Below, piece after piece: positions 1-8,605 of a stretch of DNA of 32,000 bases. This DNA comes from Alphaproteobacteria bacterium (GTDB lineage Bacteria; Pseudomonadota; Alphaproteobacteria; Rs-D84): NCBI GenBank assembly GCA_017475605.1, contig JAFVFD010000005.1:120001-152000 (forward strand), given 5' to 3'. How positions within the stretch are numbered: position 1 is the first letter of the stretch; each line of letters opens with the position of its first letter. A program made the position numbers and the translations under genes. Under the pieces are notes generated by a model. It made no database searches, had not been told where the DNA came from, and worked only from the letters and a program-made list of their open reading frames with translations.

Positions 1-465
1 TTGTAAAACACGACGATTAAAAACTTCCAAAACCCCCGTTCCACCCAGCGAATGACCAACCACACAGGTCCACTTGCCCATTGACATTTTTGAAACGATT
101 TCCAAACCTGCATCCATCAAATCTATAAATTCAGGAAACGTATTTTTCTTGGCTAATTCCGCGGATATTTCCGGTTTAAAATTCCCCAGGAAAGTATCCA
201 GCGCATAAATATTATATTTGTGTTTAAGGGACCAATAACTTAATGCCCCCATCAATGGTTCTATTTGTGTATTACTGGCCAGGCCCGGCACCAAAACAAA
301 ATTACCACGCGCCACATCACCCACCGAATAGTGTGTAATCTGACCGATTGTTCCCAAATCTGTCCTTGACGAAAAATGCATCTGCCACGTAAAATACTTG
401 CCCTTTAATTCGGGCAACGCATCGGCATAATTTTTTGGAATAAAAACATCTTTTAGTGGTTTCAT
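1..465 (-). CDS. alpha/beta-fold hydrolase (esterase/lipase-like), N-terminal 155 codons; 3' end lies beyond the window
   Basis: Own translation from the ATG at 465..463: MKPLKDVFIPKNYADALPELKGKYFTW...NFVLVPGLASN...KWTCVVGHSLGGTGVLEVF. The nucleophile elbow G-H-S-L-G-G is encoded at 57..40. It is absent from the ORF track because there is no stop in the window. The listed 317..505 ORF is another frame of this gene. Confidence 0.7.
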   Translation of the reverse strand, partial: MKPLKDVFIPKNYADALPELKGKYFTWQMHFSSRTDLGTIGQITHYSVGDVARGNFVLVPGLASNTQIEPLMGALSYWSLKHKYNIYALDTFLGNFKPEISAELAKKNTFPEFIDLMDAGLEIVSKMSMGKWTCVVGHSLGGTGVLEVFNRRVLQ

Positions 466-474
466 AACAAAACA

Positions 475-502
475 AACATAACACAAAAACCAAAAATGTC
501 AA
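475..502 (-). promoter_or_regulatory. putative sigma70 promoter of the hydrolase gene (TTGACA-N16-TATGTT with TG extension)
   Basis: The minus strand reads TTGACA (502..497), a 16-nt spacer ending TGt, then TATGTT (480..475). Only 9 nt separate the -10 from the ATG and no SD is visible. Confidence 0.3.
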
Positions 503-514
503 CAAAACTAAATA

Positions 515-540
515 AATAAAAACCGCCCGTCTGGGCGGCT
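515..540 (-). terminator. rho-independent terminator after the R-M specificity gene
   Basis: CCGCCC(523..528)-gtct-GGGCGG(533..538), followed on the minus strand by TTTTTATTTATT. Confidence 0.75.
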
Positions 541-547
541 TCTTGCT

Positions 548-1474
548 TTAAATTAAATCCGAATACGGCAAAGATTTGATATAATTTTCCATATAATCCC
601 AATCTGGATTGCCATTTTTATCAACAGGCAATTTTATGACAGTGTTACGAATTTTTGTCTGATTAAACTTTCGACCATAACTATATCTATATCTTTCTTT
701 ATTTATAATAGTCGCAAGATACGCACCGATATAACTGTTCAATCTAAATTTTGGTGTCAATTTTTCTACATGGTCACTGGCAGAAAAATTGAATGCCTGA
801 TACGAACAAAAACCGGCGACAGCACTATCTATAACAAGAACATTTCCTTTTTCTGTAAAATAATTATAAAAACCAGCGACGCCATTATTAGTTGCTTGGG
901 TGGTCACATATGGATATTTACCACTACCGTAACTTTCTAATTCATCTAATTTTGTTGTTTTCGTTCCAGATATATCAAATAAATCAGATAACTTAAAACT
1001 TTGCCACGATGTCGTATCAAACGGTAATTCTTTGTGTTTTATTTTTGTGTTAATTGGACTGTAATCGATTTTATATTTTTTCAACCAATCTGGTAATGGT
1101 GGTAAATTGATGTTTTTTAACGTTCTGTTTGCTTGACGACCATAACTATAACGATACGCATTCATTTTTATCGCATGACAATAAAACAACTTTTCTTCCA
1201 ACGACATTTCTTTTTTAGGTTTCAGCACCAACACATGAAAGCCAGTATAAAAAGGTTTGTCTTGAACAAAAGATGATAAAACACTGCCACCAACAGCAAC
1301 CGTTATTAAACCCGCTTGAAAGGGTTCTTTATCTGTTTTGACAACTCTTGCGACAACGCCATTGTTTTCACCTGTTCTGGCAACAAAATTTATGTCAGCC
1401 CCCTTATCAATTTCCATATTGATAAGTTCAAAACCATTTCCCTGATAAATATCAAATAATTCTGATACTAACAT
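548..1474 (-). CDS. restriction-modification specificity (S) subunit with two target-recognition domains, BcgI-B-like (Type IIB)
   Basis: 308 aa with an internal duplication. Half 1: ELFDIYQGNGFEL...NNGVVARV...YRYSYGRQANRTLKNINLP. Half 2: KLSDLFDISGTK...NNGVAGFY...YRYSYGRKFNQTKIRNTVIKLP. The start lies 2 nt after the upstream stop (TAAcaATG). Confidence 0.7.
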   Translation of the reverse strand: MLVSELFDIYQGNGFELINMEIDKGADINFVARTGENNGVVARVVKTDKEPFQAGLITVAVGGSVLSSFVQDKPFYTGFHVLVLKPKKEMSLEEKLFYCHAIKMNAYRYSYGRQANRTLKNINLPPLPDWLKKYKIDYSPINTKIKHKELPFDTTSWQSFKLSDLFDISGTKTTKLDELESYGSGKYPYVTTQATNNGVAGFYNYFTEKGNVLVIDSAVAGFCSYQAFNFSASDHVEKLTPKFRLNSYIGAYLATIINKERYRYSYGRKFNQTKIRNTVIKLPVDKNGNPDWDYMENYIKSLPYSDLI

Positions 1475-1476
1475 TG

Positions 1477-3339
1477 TTATTCACTCGTTTTTGTCAGATA
1501 TGCCAGATAATTTTTTACTGTCTGTTCAAAATCAGATTGGGCCAGTTTTGAATAATCGGTTTCCATATATGCTTCACACAACCACTCATCATTCCATTTA
1601 ACAGGTTTTTTTGCGGTAAAACCATCTCTAACATCCAAATTTTCATATAAATCTAACCATTCTTTTTTGATTTTTTCCCAACGATTGAATTTATCAATAC
1701 GACCTAGTTTTTTTGCCTTTACAAAACCATCATCTTTGTAATATCCAAAGAACGTTTGCTTGGTTGAATCGTGTGGTTTATGTGCAGTCCAAACCATTAC
1801 ACAGACATTGGTACTAGCATTATTTGAATAAAATATATCATCTGGCATTGAAAACACCGCTTTTAATGTGTGGTCCTTGAACAATCTTTCTCGCTCGGTT
1901 TTGAATTTTGTCCCTATAGCACATGACATAGGCACAACCACAACACCTGTTCCACCAGGTACCAACAAATCCAACATGTTTTGAACAAATTCTAATTCGG
2001 TATGCCCCTTCTGTGAATACGGTGGATTAATCAGACCAACGGTTAATTGTTTTTCTTGTAACCAATCTCTTGTTTCTGCCTTAAAACAATCGCCATATTT
2101 AATATTTGACTTACCATCACCACGAACAATCATATTCGCAATTGCTAATGTATAAATATCATCATCAGATTCCACACCATATAATTGTTCACGCTTAATT
2201 CTCTCTATTTCTTTTTGGTTTGCATTCTTAAACATTTTTGACATGGCAGTAACCAAGAAAGCCCCAGAGCCGCAACAAATATCTACCACACGACTATTTT
2301 TATTCACCCCAGCCAAATCACACATAAATTCTGTTAAATGTTGTGGTGTCAATACTATTCCCAGACCCTTACCATCACCACCACTATATTTTACAAATTC
2401 ATGATAAAATATTCCCAATGCATCAATTGCGCTGTCGGCATAATCCATCATAGGCTTTATTTTCCTATCAAGTTCAGATATAAACCAAAGCAAAGAATTA
2501 TCACTGTTTAATGGAATATCTTTTATTGCATCATTGCGACCTATTTTTTCAAAATGACCTTTAATATCATTGATTTTATCTTGTCTAATATCACTCTTTT
2601 CCAGAACCGTTTTTATTGCATCTTGCAACAAAGTATGCAATGCCCTGAATGAATTTTGATTTACATAATTATTCACAAAATCATCATCTTTCAACGCAAT
2701 TAAAATACCAGCAATAAAAACAGGTTTTTCCTTTTCTGGCATTCTTAAAGCCCGCAAAGAATCATGCATAACCAAAGCCAGTTTTCGAATTTCATCAATA
2801 GATACTTTTTTGCTAATTTTTTCACCCTTTACCATATGTAAATAATTTTCCGGGTCAAATAAAACGTCCCTTCCTCTCCTTAATTCCTGCGGTTCTTCCT
2901 GCCCTTTGCGCCAATCAAACGTGCTAATTTTGCAATTATCTATCGTTGTCCCAGATACCGCAATTGCAACAACATTAAAATAATCTTTGATAAACTTTGC
3001 GTAATACAATACACCATCAACAGCAAATGCATCTGGCTGATTTCTTTTTTCGGACTCATGTTTTTTCACTGATGCCTTACATTCTATCACAAGCACTGTA
3101 TCACGTGATTTATCAAAAGTTATTACAAACTCCGGTTTACCAATTCCTTTGCCACCGCAGTCATATTGATTTAAATCACAAATCTTGGGTTTACCACCGG
3201 CACGTTCCAATGCTTCACGCAAATCGCCGTTAATTTTTGACGCATCAGATTGCGGATAAACAACACCCCATGGATTTTTACCAAGTACAAAATCCATTTC
3301 TCTTTGTGTTAAACTTTCCGTCATTCTTTCGCTAGCCAT
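1477..3339 (-). CDS. fused restriction endonuclease / N6-adenine DNA methyltransferase, BcgI-A-like (Type IIB RM subunit)
   Basis: 620 aa. The N-terminus has a PD-(D/E)xK-like segment, KPEFVITFDKSRDTVLVIECK. The gamma-class MTase motifs are motif I VVDICCGSGAF, then motif IV GLINPPYSQ, with an HsdM-like LGIFYHEFVKYSGGDGKGLGIVLTPQHL upstream. Confidence 0.8.
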   Translation of the reverse strand: MASERMTESLTQREMDFVLGKNPWGVVYPQSDASKINGDLREALERAGGKPKICDLNQYDCGGKGIGKPEFVITFDKSRDTVLVIECKASVKKHESEKRNQPDAFAVDGVLYYAKFIKDYFNVVAIAVSGTTIDNCKISTFDWRKGQEEPQELRRGRDVLFDPENYLHMVKGEKISKKVSIDEIRKLALVMHDSLRALRMPEKEKPVFIAGILIALKDDDFVNNYVNQNSFRALHTLLQDAIKTVLEKSDIRQDKINDIKGHFEKIGRNDAIKDIPLNSDNSLLWFISELDRKIKPMMDYADSAIDALGIFYHEFVKYSGGDGKGLGIVLTPQHLTEFMCDLAGVNKNSRVVDICCGSGAFLVTAMSKMFKNANQKEIERIKREQLYGVESDDDIYTLAIANMIVRGDGKSNIKYGDCFKAETRDWLQEKQLTVGLINPPYSQKGHTELEFVQNMLDLLVPGGTGVVVVPMSCAIGTKFKTERERLFKDHTLKAVFSMPDDIFYSNNASTNVCVMVWTAHKPHDSTKQTFFGYYKDDGFVKAKKLGRIDKFNRWEKIKKEWLDLYENLDVRDGFTAKKPVKWNDEWLCEAYMETDYSKLAQSDFEQTVKNYLAYLTKTSE

Positions 3340-3360
3340 TTTGTCCTTCCTTTTATAAAA

Positions 3361-3404
3361 ACTATAGACAAAGTTACATATCCCCTACAAGCAATATTTT
3401 ATCA
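3361..3404 (-). promoter_or_regulatory. candidate promoters for the R-M operon
   Basis: The minus strand carries TTGTAG(3390..3385)-N18-TATAGT(3366..3361). It also carries an extended -10, TGaTAAAAT (3404..3396). The SD AAGGAAGG precedes the ATG at 3339. Confidence 0.3.
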
Positions 3405-3430
3405 TAAAATGCTTTTTTATAAAACATTAA

Positions 3431-3456
3431 AACACCACCGCAATTGCGGTGGTGTT
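3431..3456 (-). terminator. hairpin terminator ending the rpsM-rpsK transcription unit
   Basis: An 11-bp stem, AACACCACCGC-aatt-GCGGTGGTGTT, lies 25 nt after the rpsK stop. It is followed on the minus strand by TTAATGTTTT, a modest U-tract. Confidence 0.6.
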
Positions 3457-3480
3457 TTAATAACGGCTAATCAATAATGA

Positions 3481-3864
3481 TTACACGCGGCGCACTTTCT
3501 TTGGACGGCAACCGTTGTGCGGAATGCGTGTTGTATCGGTAATAGATTGGACAATTAAACCCGCGTTTGCCAAACCACGCACTGCGGATTCACGACCCTG
3601 ACCAATACCGCGCATCAAAACATCAACTGTTTTCATACCCATTTCGGCGACTTTCTTGCCAACCGCATCGGCTACAACCGTTGCCGCATATGGTGTGGAC
3701 TTTTTCGCGCCCTTAAAATTATTAGCACCCGCGGTTGCCCATGTTAACACCGCACCCGACGGATCTGTGATTGTGATACGTGTATTGTTATTTGTCGCGA
3801 CGACATGCGCAATGCCATGCGATACTTTTTTAACTACTTTCTTTTTAGCTTTTGTAACTGCCAT
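3481..3864 (-). CDS. rpsK: 30S ribosomal protein S11
   Basis: 127 aa; ...GIAHVVATNNNTRITITDPSGAVLTWATAG...RIPHNGCRPKKVRRV. Confidence 0.97.
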   Translation of the reverse strand: MAVTKAKKKVVKKVSHGIAHVVATNNNTRITITDPSGAVLTWATAGANNFKGAKKSTPYAATVVADAVGKKVAEMGMKTVDVLMRGIGQGRESAVRGLANAGLIVQSITDTTRIPHNGCRPKKVRRV

Positions 3865-3925
3865 TATTTTTACCTTTTATTTAGATGTCTTCAATTAACT
3901 TTCGTGTTAATCTCTACCCAAAATG

Positions 3926-4303
3926 TTATTTACCCTTGACCGCGGAACCTGCGACCACAACACGTTTACCCTTACGCGTACGGGCATTGGTTTGTGTACG
4001 TTGTCCACGAACCGGCAAACGATTACGGTGGCGAATACCACGATATGTTTTAAGGTCTTGTAAACGTTTGATGTTCATTGCGACTTCACGACGAACATCA
4101 CCTTCGACCTTGAAGTTTTGTTCAATATAATTCGAAATTTTGATAACATCAGCGTCTGTCAAATCTTTCGCGCGCAAACCGTCTTTCAATTTCAACGCTT
4201 CACAAATCTTGGCGGCGCGGGCCGGACCAATACCATGAATATAGCGCAACGCGATTTCAATGCGTTTTTCTGCTGGAATGTTAACACCTGCTATACGTGC
4301 CAT
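3926..4303 (-). CDS. rpsM: 30S ribosomal protein S13
   Basis: 125 aa; [30 protein letters not shown]... Confidence 0.97.
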   Translation of the reverse strand: MARIAGVNIPAEKRIEIALRYIHGIGPARAAKICEALKLKDGLRAKDLTDADVIKISNYIEQNFKVEGDVRREVAMNIKRLQDLKTYRGIRHRNRLPVRGQRTQTNARTRKGKRVVVAGSAVKGK

Positions 4304-4407
4304 TTTTCATTTTCCTTTTTTATTGTCTTTGACGCGAAAACGCGCCGTCCTTTTTCACCCATAAAATCTGCCGTCCAGATTTACGAGTTATTCTATTTTG
4401 CCGAATT

Positions 4408-4435
4408 ATTCTATATTAAATCCGGCAAAAGTCAA
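4408..4435 (-). promoter_or_regulatory. putative promoter of rpsM-rpsK (TTGACT-N16-TAGAAT)
   Basis: The minus strand reads TTGACT at 4435..4430 and TAGAAT at 4413..4408. The element starts 9 nt after the secY stop. The roughly 95-nt leader contains the hairpin AAATCTG-gacgg-CAGATTT. Confidence 0.45.
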
Positions 4436-4443
4436 ATCTTGTT

Positions 4444-5763
4444 TTAGTTGCGGAACCGCCCATGACGCTGTGCGTGTCCAACAACACCTGTATATTGCTT
4501 TGCCACCAAATACGATTGAACCTGGTTCCACGTGTCCAGAATAACCCCGGCAACGATTAAAACACTTGTTCCACCGATGGTAAGTGGCATACCCGCGTGT
4601 GTATTCAAAATAATTGGCAACACACACACCACAATCAAATACAGAACACCTATTGCCGTTGTGCGCGATACAACATCATCCAAATATTTGATTGTCTGTT
4701 CACCCGGACGAACACCTGGGATATATCCACCCATATTTTTAAGGTTCGTACTTGTTTCTTCGGAATTAAATACAACAGCGGTCTGGAAATACGCAAAGAA
4801 CGCAATTAAAACCGTATACAAAATAATATACGACCATGCCCCGTATGTAAAGAATCCCAACACCTGCTGAACGAACAAGTTTTCACTTTGAACGAAACGT
4901 TGTACAAATGCCGGTAACATCATAATAGATGCCGCAAACACAGGCCCCATAACACCTGACATATTAACCTTAATCGGCAAATAAGATGCGTTCGTATTCA
5001 TAACGCCGTTGGACATAACCTGGCGCGGATACAAAATTTGAATACGACGTTGTGCCTGTTCAAAGAATGCGATTAATGCGATAATACCAACAACGAATAC
5101 AACCGTAAGTGCAATCATCGCAGGCGACATCTGACCAACGGAACCCAAACTAAATAACTTGCCAACACCACTTGGAATCTGGGCAACGATACCAGCAAAG
5201 ATAAGAAGTGATGCACCCTGACCCACACCACGTGCGGTAATCTGTTCCGCCAACCACATAACGAATACGGTACCACCAACCAACGCAATAATAGCCGATA
5301 ATTCAAATGCGAACCCTGGGTTCACAACCGCGGCAACACCATTGACCGGCGCCATAGATTCCAAACCACGAACAACCGCCCAACCCTGAACGACCGCTAA
5401 AAACACCGCCAAATAACGTGTATATTGGTTGATTTTGATACGACCAGATTCACCTTCTTTGCGCAAATCATTCAGGTTTTTACTTGTTGCGGTTAACAAC
5501 TGTAAAACGATAGATGCTGAAATATATGGGAAAATATTTAATGCCAAAACCGACATACGCGACAGTGAACCGCCACTGAACATATCGAACATTCCCATCA
5601 TGCCACTGCCTTCACCATTGAAAAGGTGCAAAATCGCAGATGCATTTACCCCCGGTAATGGAATAAAAGAACCGATACGATACACAATCAATGCCCCCAA
5701 TGTGAACATGATGCGTTTTTGTAAATCAGTCAAATTTCCAAAATATTTTTTCAAGAGTTTCAT
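4444..5763 (-). CDS. secY: preprotein translocase subunit SecY
   Basis: 439 aa multi-pass membrane protein at the canonical position after rplO; ...RIGSFIPLPGVN...GGSLSRMSVLALNIFPYISASI... Confidence 0.96.
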   Translation of the reverse strand: MKLLKKYFGNLTDLQKRIMFTLGALIVYRIGSFIPLPGVNASAILHLFNGEGSGMMGMFDMFSGGSLSRMSVLALNIFPYISASIVLQLLTATSKNLNDLRKEGESGRIKINQYTRYLAVFLAVVQGWAVVRGLESMAPVNGVAAVVNPGFAFELSAIIALVGGTVFVMWLAEQITARGVGQGASLLIFAGIVAQIPSGVGKLFSLGSVGQMSPAMIALTVVFVVGIIALIAFFEQAQRRIQILYPRQVMSNGVMNTNASYLPIKVNMSGVMGPVFAASIMMLPAFVQRFVQSENLFVQQVLGFFTYGAWSYIILYTVLIAFFAYFQTAVVFNSEETSTNLKNMGGYIPGVRPGEQTIKYLDDVVSRTTAIGVLYLIVVCVLPIILNTHAGMPLTIGGTSVLIVAGVILDTWNQVQSYLVAKQYTGVVGHAQRHGRFRN

Positions 5764-5819
5764 TGCGCTAAGATTTTAACCAGTTATGCGCATCCGGTTT
5801 CCCGAATGCGCAAGTTAGA

Positions 5820-6278
5820 TTATTTGTTTTTAATAGAACCGCCGGCTTTTACAATTGCGGCTTCGGCTGCCTTGGACCATTTGTCCGCAACAACGTTAAT
5901 CGCAGATTTGATTTCGCCCTTGGCCAAAATCTTCAAACCATCCATTTCACGATTGATGATTTTTGCAGCCATCAATGATTCCATTGTGATTGCTTTGCCT
6001 GCATCAATTTTACCCGATGCGATAAACTTTTCAATATCGCCAAGGTTGATTGTTGCATATTCCTTGTGGAATGGATTTTGGAATCCAAACTTTGGGAAAC
6101 GACGCAAAATCGGCATCTGACCACCCTGGAAAGTGGCTTGTTTGCGGGAACCCGCACGTGCCTTTTGACCCTTGGTACCACGACCGGCTGTTTTTCCATA
6201 GCCCGATGCCATACCACGACCAACGCGTTTGACATCGCTGCGTGCACCAAAATTATCCATCAATGCATTTAATTTCAT
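5820..6278 (-). CDS. rplO: 50S ribosomal protein L15
   Basis: 152 aa; ...KRVGRGMASGYGKTAGRGTKGQKAR... Confidence 0.96.
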   Translation of the reverse strand: MKLNALMDNFGARSDVKRVGRGMASGYGKTAGRGTKGQKARAGSRKQATFQGGQMPILRRFPKFGFQNPFHKEYATINLGDIEKFIASGKIDAGKAITMESLMAAKIINREMDGLKILAKGEIKSAINVVADKWSKAAEAAIVKAGGSIKNK

Positions 6279-6361
6279 TTCTTTTTCCTTTTAGTCCTAC
6301 GAACCTTATATAGTTCTTTGTCGCACATAAACAAGAGTTTACGTACTCGGTTTTACTTTAT

Positions 6362-6541
6362 TTATTTTTCAACGATTTCGACCAAGTGTGCAACGCGTGC
6401 GACCATGCCACGCACTGCTGGTGTGTCGTTGATTTCACGTGTTTTGCCAATGCGGCCCAAGCCCAATGCTAAAACAATTTTGCGTTGTGCTTCTGGACGA
6501 TGAATCAAACCACGTGTTTGTTTTACGATAATCTTTGCCAT
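6362..6541 (-). CDS. rpmD: 50S ribosomal protein L30
   Basis: Hand translation, 59 aa, below the track cutoff: MAKIIVKQTRGLIHRPEAQRKIVLALGLGRIGKTREINDTPAVRGMVARVAHLVEIVEK. It sits at the canonical rpsE-rpmD-rplO position. Confidence 0.9.
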   Translation of the reverse strand: MAKIIVKQTRGLIHRPEAQRKIVLALGLGRIGKTREINDTPAVRGMVARVAHLVEIVEK

Positions 6542-6561
6542 CTGAACACCTCTGCGTCTTA

Positions 6562-7119
6562 TTATTCTGCGGCTTCTGCGTTTTCTTCAAACTTTTTACC
6601 GTCGCGACCGGCGATAATTTCAGAAACAGATTTACCACGACGCGCGGCAACTGTCTTTGGCGAATTCATTTTAGAAAAAGCCAAGAATGCTGCACGAACC
6701 ATGTTGTTTGGATTGTTGGAACCCTGGGACTTAACAACAACGTCCTGGACACCCAAGCATTCAAACACCGCACGCAACGCACCACCGGCAATAATACCAG
6801 TACCTGGAACAGCACTGCGTACAACCAAGCGAGATGCACCATATCTGGATTCGATATCGTGATGTAATGTGCGTCCTTCTTTCAATGGAACGCGAATCAT
6901 TTTCGCTTTTGCGGCCTTGGTTGCCTTCTGCACAGCAGCCTGGACTTCCAATGCTTTACCTTTGCCGAAACCAACACGACCAGCCTTGTCCCCGACCACA
7001 ACCAGGGCCGAGAAAGACATATTTTTACCACCTTTAACAGTCTTGGATACGCGGTTGATAGAAACCAATTTATCTACCAAGTTATCCGTCTGTAATTTTT
7101 TATCATCAAAACGTGCCAT
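6562..7119 (-). CDS. rpsE: 30S ribosomal protein S5
   Basis: 185 aa; ...[24 protein letters not shown]... Confidence 0.97.
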   Translation of the reverse strand: MARFDDKKLQTDNLVDKLVSINRVSKTVKGGKNMSFSALVVVGDKAGRVGFGKGKALEVQAAVQKATKAAKAKMIRVPLKEGRTLHHDIESRYGASRLVVRSAVPGTGIIAGGALRAVFECLGVQDVVVKSQGSNNPNNMVRAAFLAFSKMNSPKTVAARRGKSVSEIIAGRDGKKFEENAEAAE

Positions 7120-7142
7120 TTATATACTCCGTTTAATTTGAA

Positions 7143-7499
7143 TTAGATTCTAACGCCACCGGCGCGGATTGCTTCGCACAGTGCTTTTACACGACCATGA
7201 TAGCGATAACCGCCACGATCGAAATAACAATTATCAGCCAATTTAGCCTTTACCAAACGTTCAGCAAATGCTTTACCGACCAATTCTGCGCCTGCAACAT
7301 TCCAGCCTTTTCCTGCGAAGCCTTTTTCCTTGCTTGATGCCGCACACAGTGTATGACCATGCACATCATCAATCGCCTGGATTTCAATATGACGACCAGA
7401 ACGGAAGACTGACAAACGAATCTTGCCAGGATTTTTTCTTTTTAACGCACCGCGATTTGCGATTGTGCGTCTTTCTTCAGTAGACAAATGTTTTAACAT
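7143..7499 (-). CDS. rplR: 50S ribosomal protein L18
   Basis: 118 aa; ...RLSVFRSGRHIEIQAIDD...FDRGGYRYHGRVKAL... Confidence 0.96.
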   Translation of the reverse strand: MLKHLSTEERRTIANRGALKRKNPGKIRLSVFRSGRHIEIQAIDDVHGHTLCAASSKEKGFAGKGWNVAGAELVGKAFAERLVKAKLADNCYFDRGGYRYHGRVKALCEAIRAGGVRI

Positions 7500-7518
7500 T
7501 TCGTTTCCTTTTTTCCCA

Positions 7519-7536
7519 TCCCCGTAACAGCGGAGA
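7519..7536 (-). repeat. intercistronic hairpin, copy 1 of the CCGCTGTTACGG motif (rplF-rplR spacer)
   Basis: The minus strand reads TCTCCG-CTGTTA-CGGGGA, a 6-bp stem including one G-U pair. It shares the 13-mer TCCGCTGTTACGG with 9496..9508. Confidence 0.6.
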
Positions 7537-7546
7537 AGATTATTTA

Positions 7547-8098
7547 TTATTTCTTTTTACCTTCTTTGTGGCGGATTGTTTCGCCCTTATAGAAGATGCC
7601 CTTGCCCTTGTACGGGTCTGCTTTACGAACTTTGTGAATCTTGTCAGCAAACAAACCAACCGCACATTTATCGATTCCACGAATTGTGAATTCTGTTGGT
7701 GTGCCACCGATTTCAACGGTCAGGCCAGCCGGTATTTCCATAACAACATCATGGGAATAACCAGCAACCAAAACCAATTTATTGCCAGATACAGATGCCT
7801 TGTAACCAACACCTTTCATGTACATTTCTTTGGCAAAACCGTTTGTAACACCCAATGCCGCATTACGAATATTGCGTGTCATTGTGCCCCACATAGCGCG
7901 GGATGTTTTGTCTGCATCATCTTTTGGTGTAACAACAACCTGCCCTGCTTCGACCTTGATATCGACCAGGCTGGCATTTTTTGTATCAACTGGAACCTTC
8001 AATTCACCCTTTGGGCCCTTGATAACAATTGCGTTATCGACAACAGCCGCTGTAACGCCATCCGTTAATTTTACTGGATATTTTCCTGCACGAGACAT
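7547..8098 (-). CDS. rplF: 50S ribosomal protein L6
   Basis: 183 aa; MSRAGKYPVKL...GPKGEL...GVGYKA... Confidence 0.96.
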   Translation of the reverse strand: MSRAGKYPVKLTDGVTAAVVDNAIVIKGPKGELKVPVDTKNASLVDIKVEAGQVVVTPKDDADKTSRAMWGTMTRNIRNAALGVTNGFAKEMYMKGVGYKASVSGNKLVLVAGYSHDVVMEIPAGLTVEIGGTPTEFTIRGIDKCAVGLFADKIHKVRKADPYKGKGIFYKGETIRHKEGKKK

Positions 8099-8120
8099 AA
8101 CTTAATCCTTCTGCTTTTAA

Positions 8121-8519
8121 TTATATAACCTTGCACAATACTTCGCCGCCAACATTCATAAGGCGCGCTTTGTGATCAGTCATGACACCGTTTGGCGTTG
8201 AAACAATCGCGATACCCAGGCCATTTAAAACCTTTGGCATTTTCGCGCTGCCGGAATATACACGACGGCCCGGTTTTGACACGACAGAAATTTCTTGGAT
8301 TGCACCGTTGCCATTAACATATTTCAATTCAATGACCAAATTTGAACGGTGTTCATCAATTTTTTCTTGACGGAAATCGGTAATAAAACCTTCTTCCTTT
8401 AATACATTCAGAACTGCTGCACGCAGTTTGCTGTTTGGAACGGTGACTGTTTCTTTACCCGCAACTTGACCATTACGGATGCGTGTTAACATGTCTCCGA
8501 TTGGGTGTGATAATGACAT
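8121..8519 (-). CDS. rpsH: 30S ribosomal protein S8
   Basis: 132 aa; MSLSHPIGDMLTRIRNGQ... Confidence 0.97.
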   Translation of the reverse strand: MSLSHPIGDMLTRIRNGQVAGKETVTVPNSKLRAAVLNVLKEEGFITDFRQEKIDEHRSNLVIELKYVNGNGAIQEISVVSKPGRRVYSGSAKMPKVLNGLGIAIVSTPNGVMTDHKARLMNVGGEVLCKVI

Positions 8520-8537
8520 CTTTTGTTACTCCTTCTC

Positions 8538-8585
8538 TGTGGGCAAGCCCACATTTCTGGCCCAGCTGCATTGTCCACAACTGGG
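8538..8585 (-). other. two hairpins in the 86-nt rpsN-rpsH spacer
   Basis: The first is TGTGGG-caag-CCCACA at 8538..8553. The second is CCCAG-N15-CTGGG at 8561..8585. Both lie just upstream of the rpsH SD (AAGGAG). Confidence 0.5.
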
Positions 8586-8605
8586 GTTTATGTTATCAGT
8601 TGATT

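Noticed and set aside
1-465. The alpha/beta hydrolase as an accessory component of the R-M cassette.
   Set aside because: It is separated from the S gene by a strong terminator and has its own promoter. There is no evidence of linkage beyond adjacency, and the gene is truncated by the window edge.
317-505. 62-aa minus-strand ORF from the track.
   Set aside because: It is an alternative frame of the alpha/beta hydrolase gene. The frame containing GHSLGG starts at 465 and continues off the window.
4318-4389. 23-codon minus-strand uORF ([23 protein letters not shown]) in the rpsM leader.
   Set aside because: It has no SD, overlaps the rpsM start out of frame, and is too short to support without conservation data.
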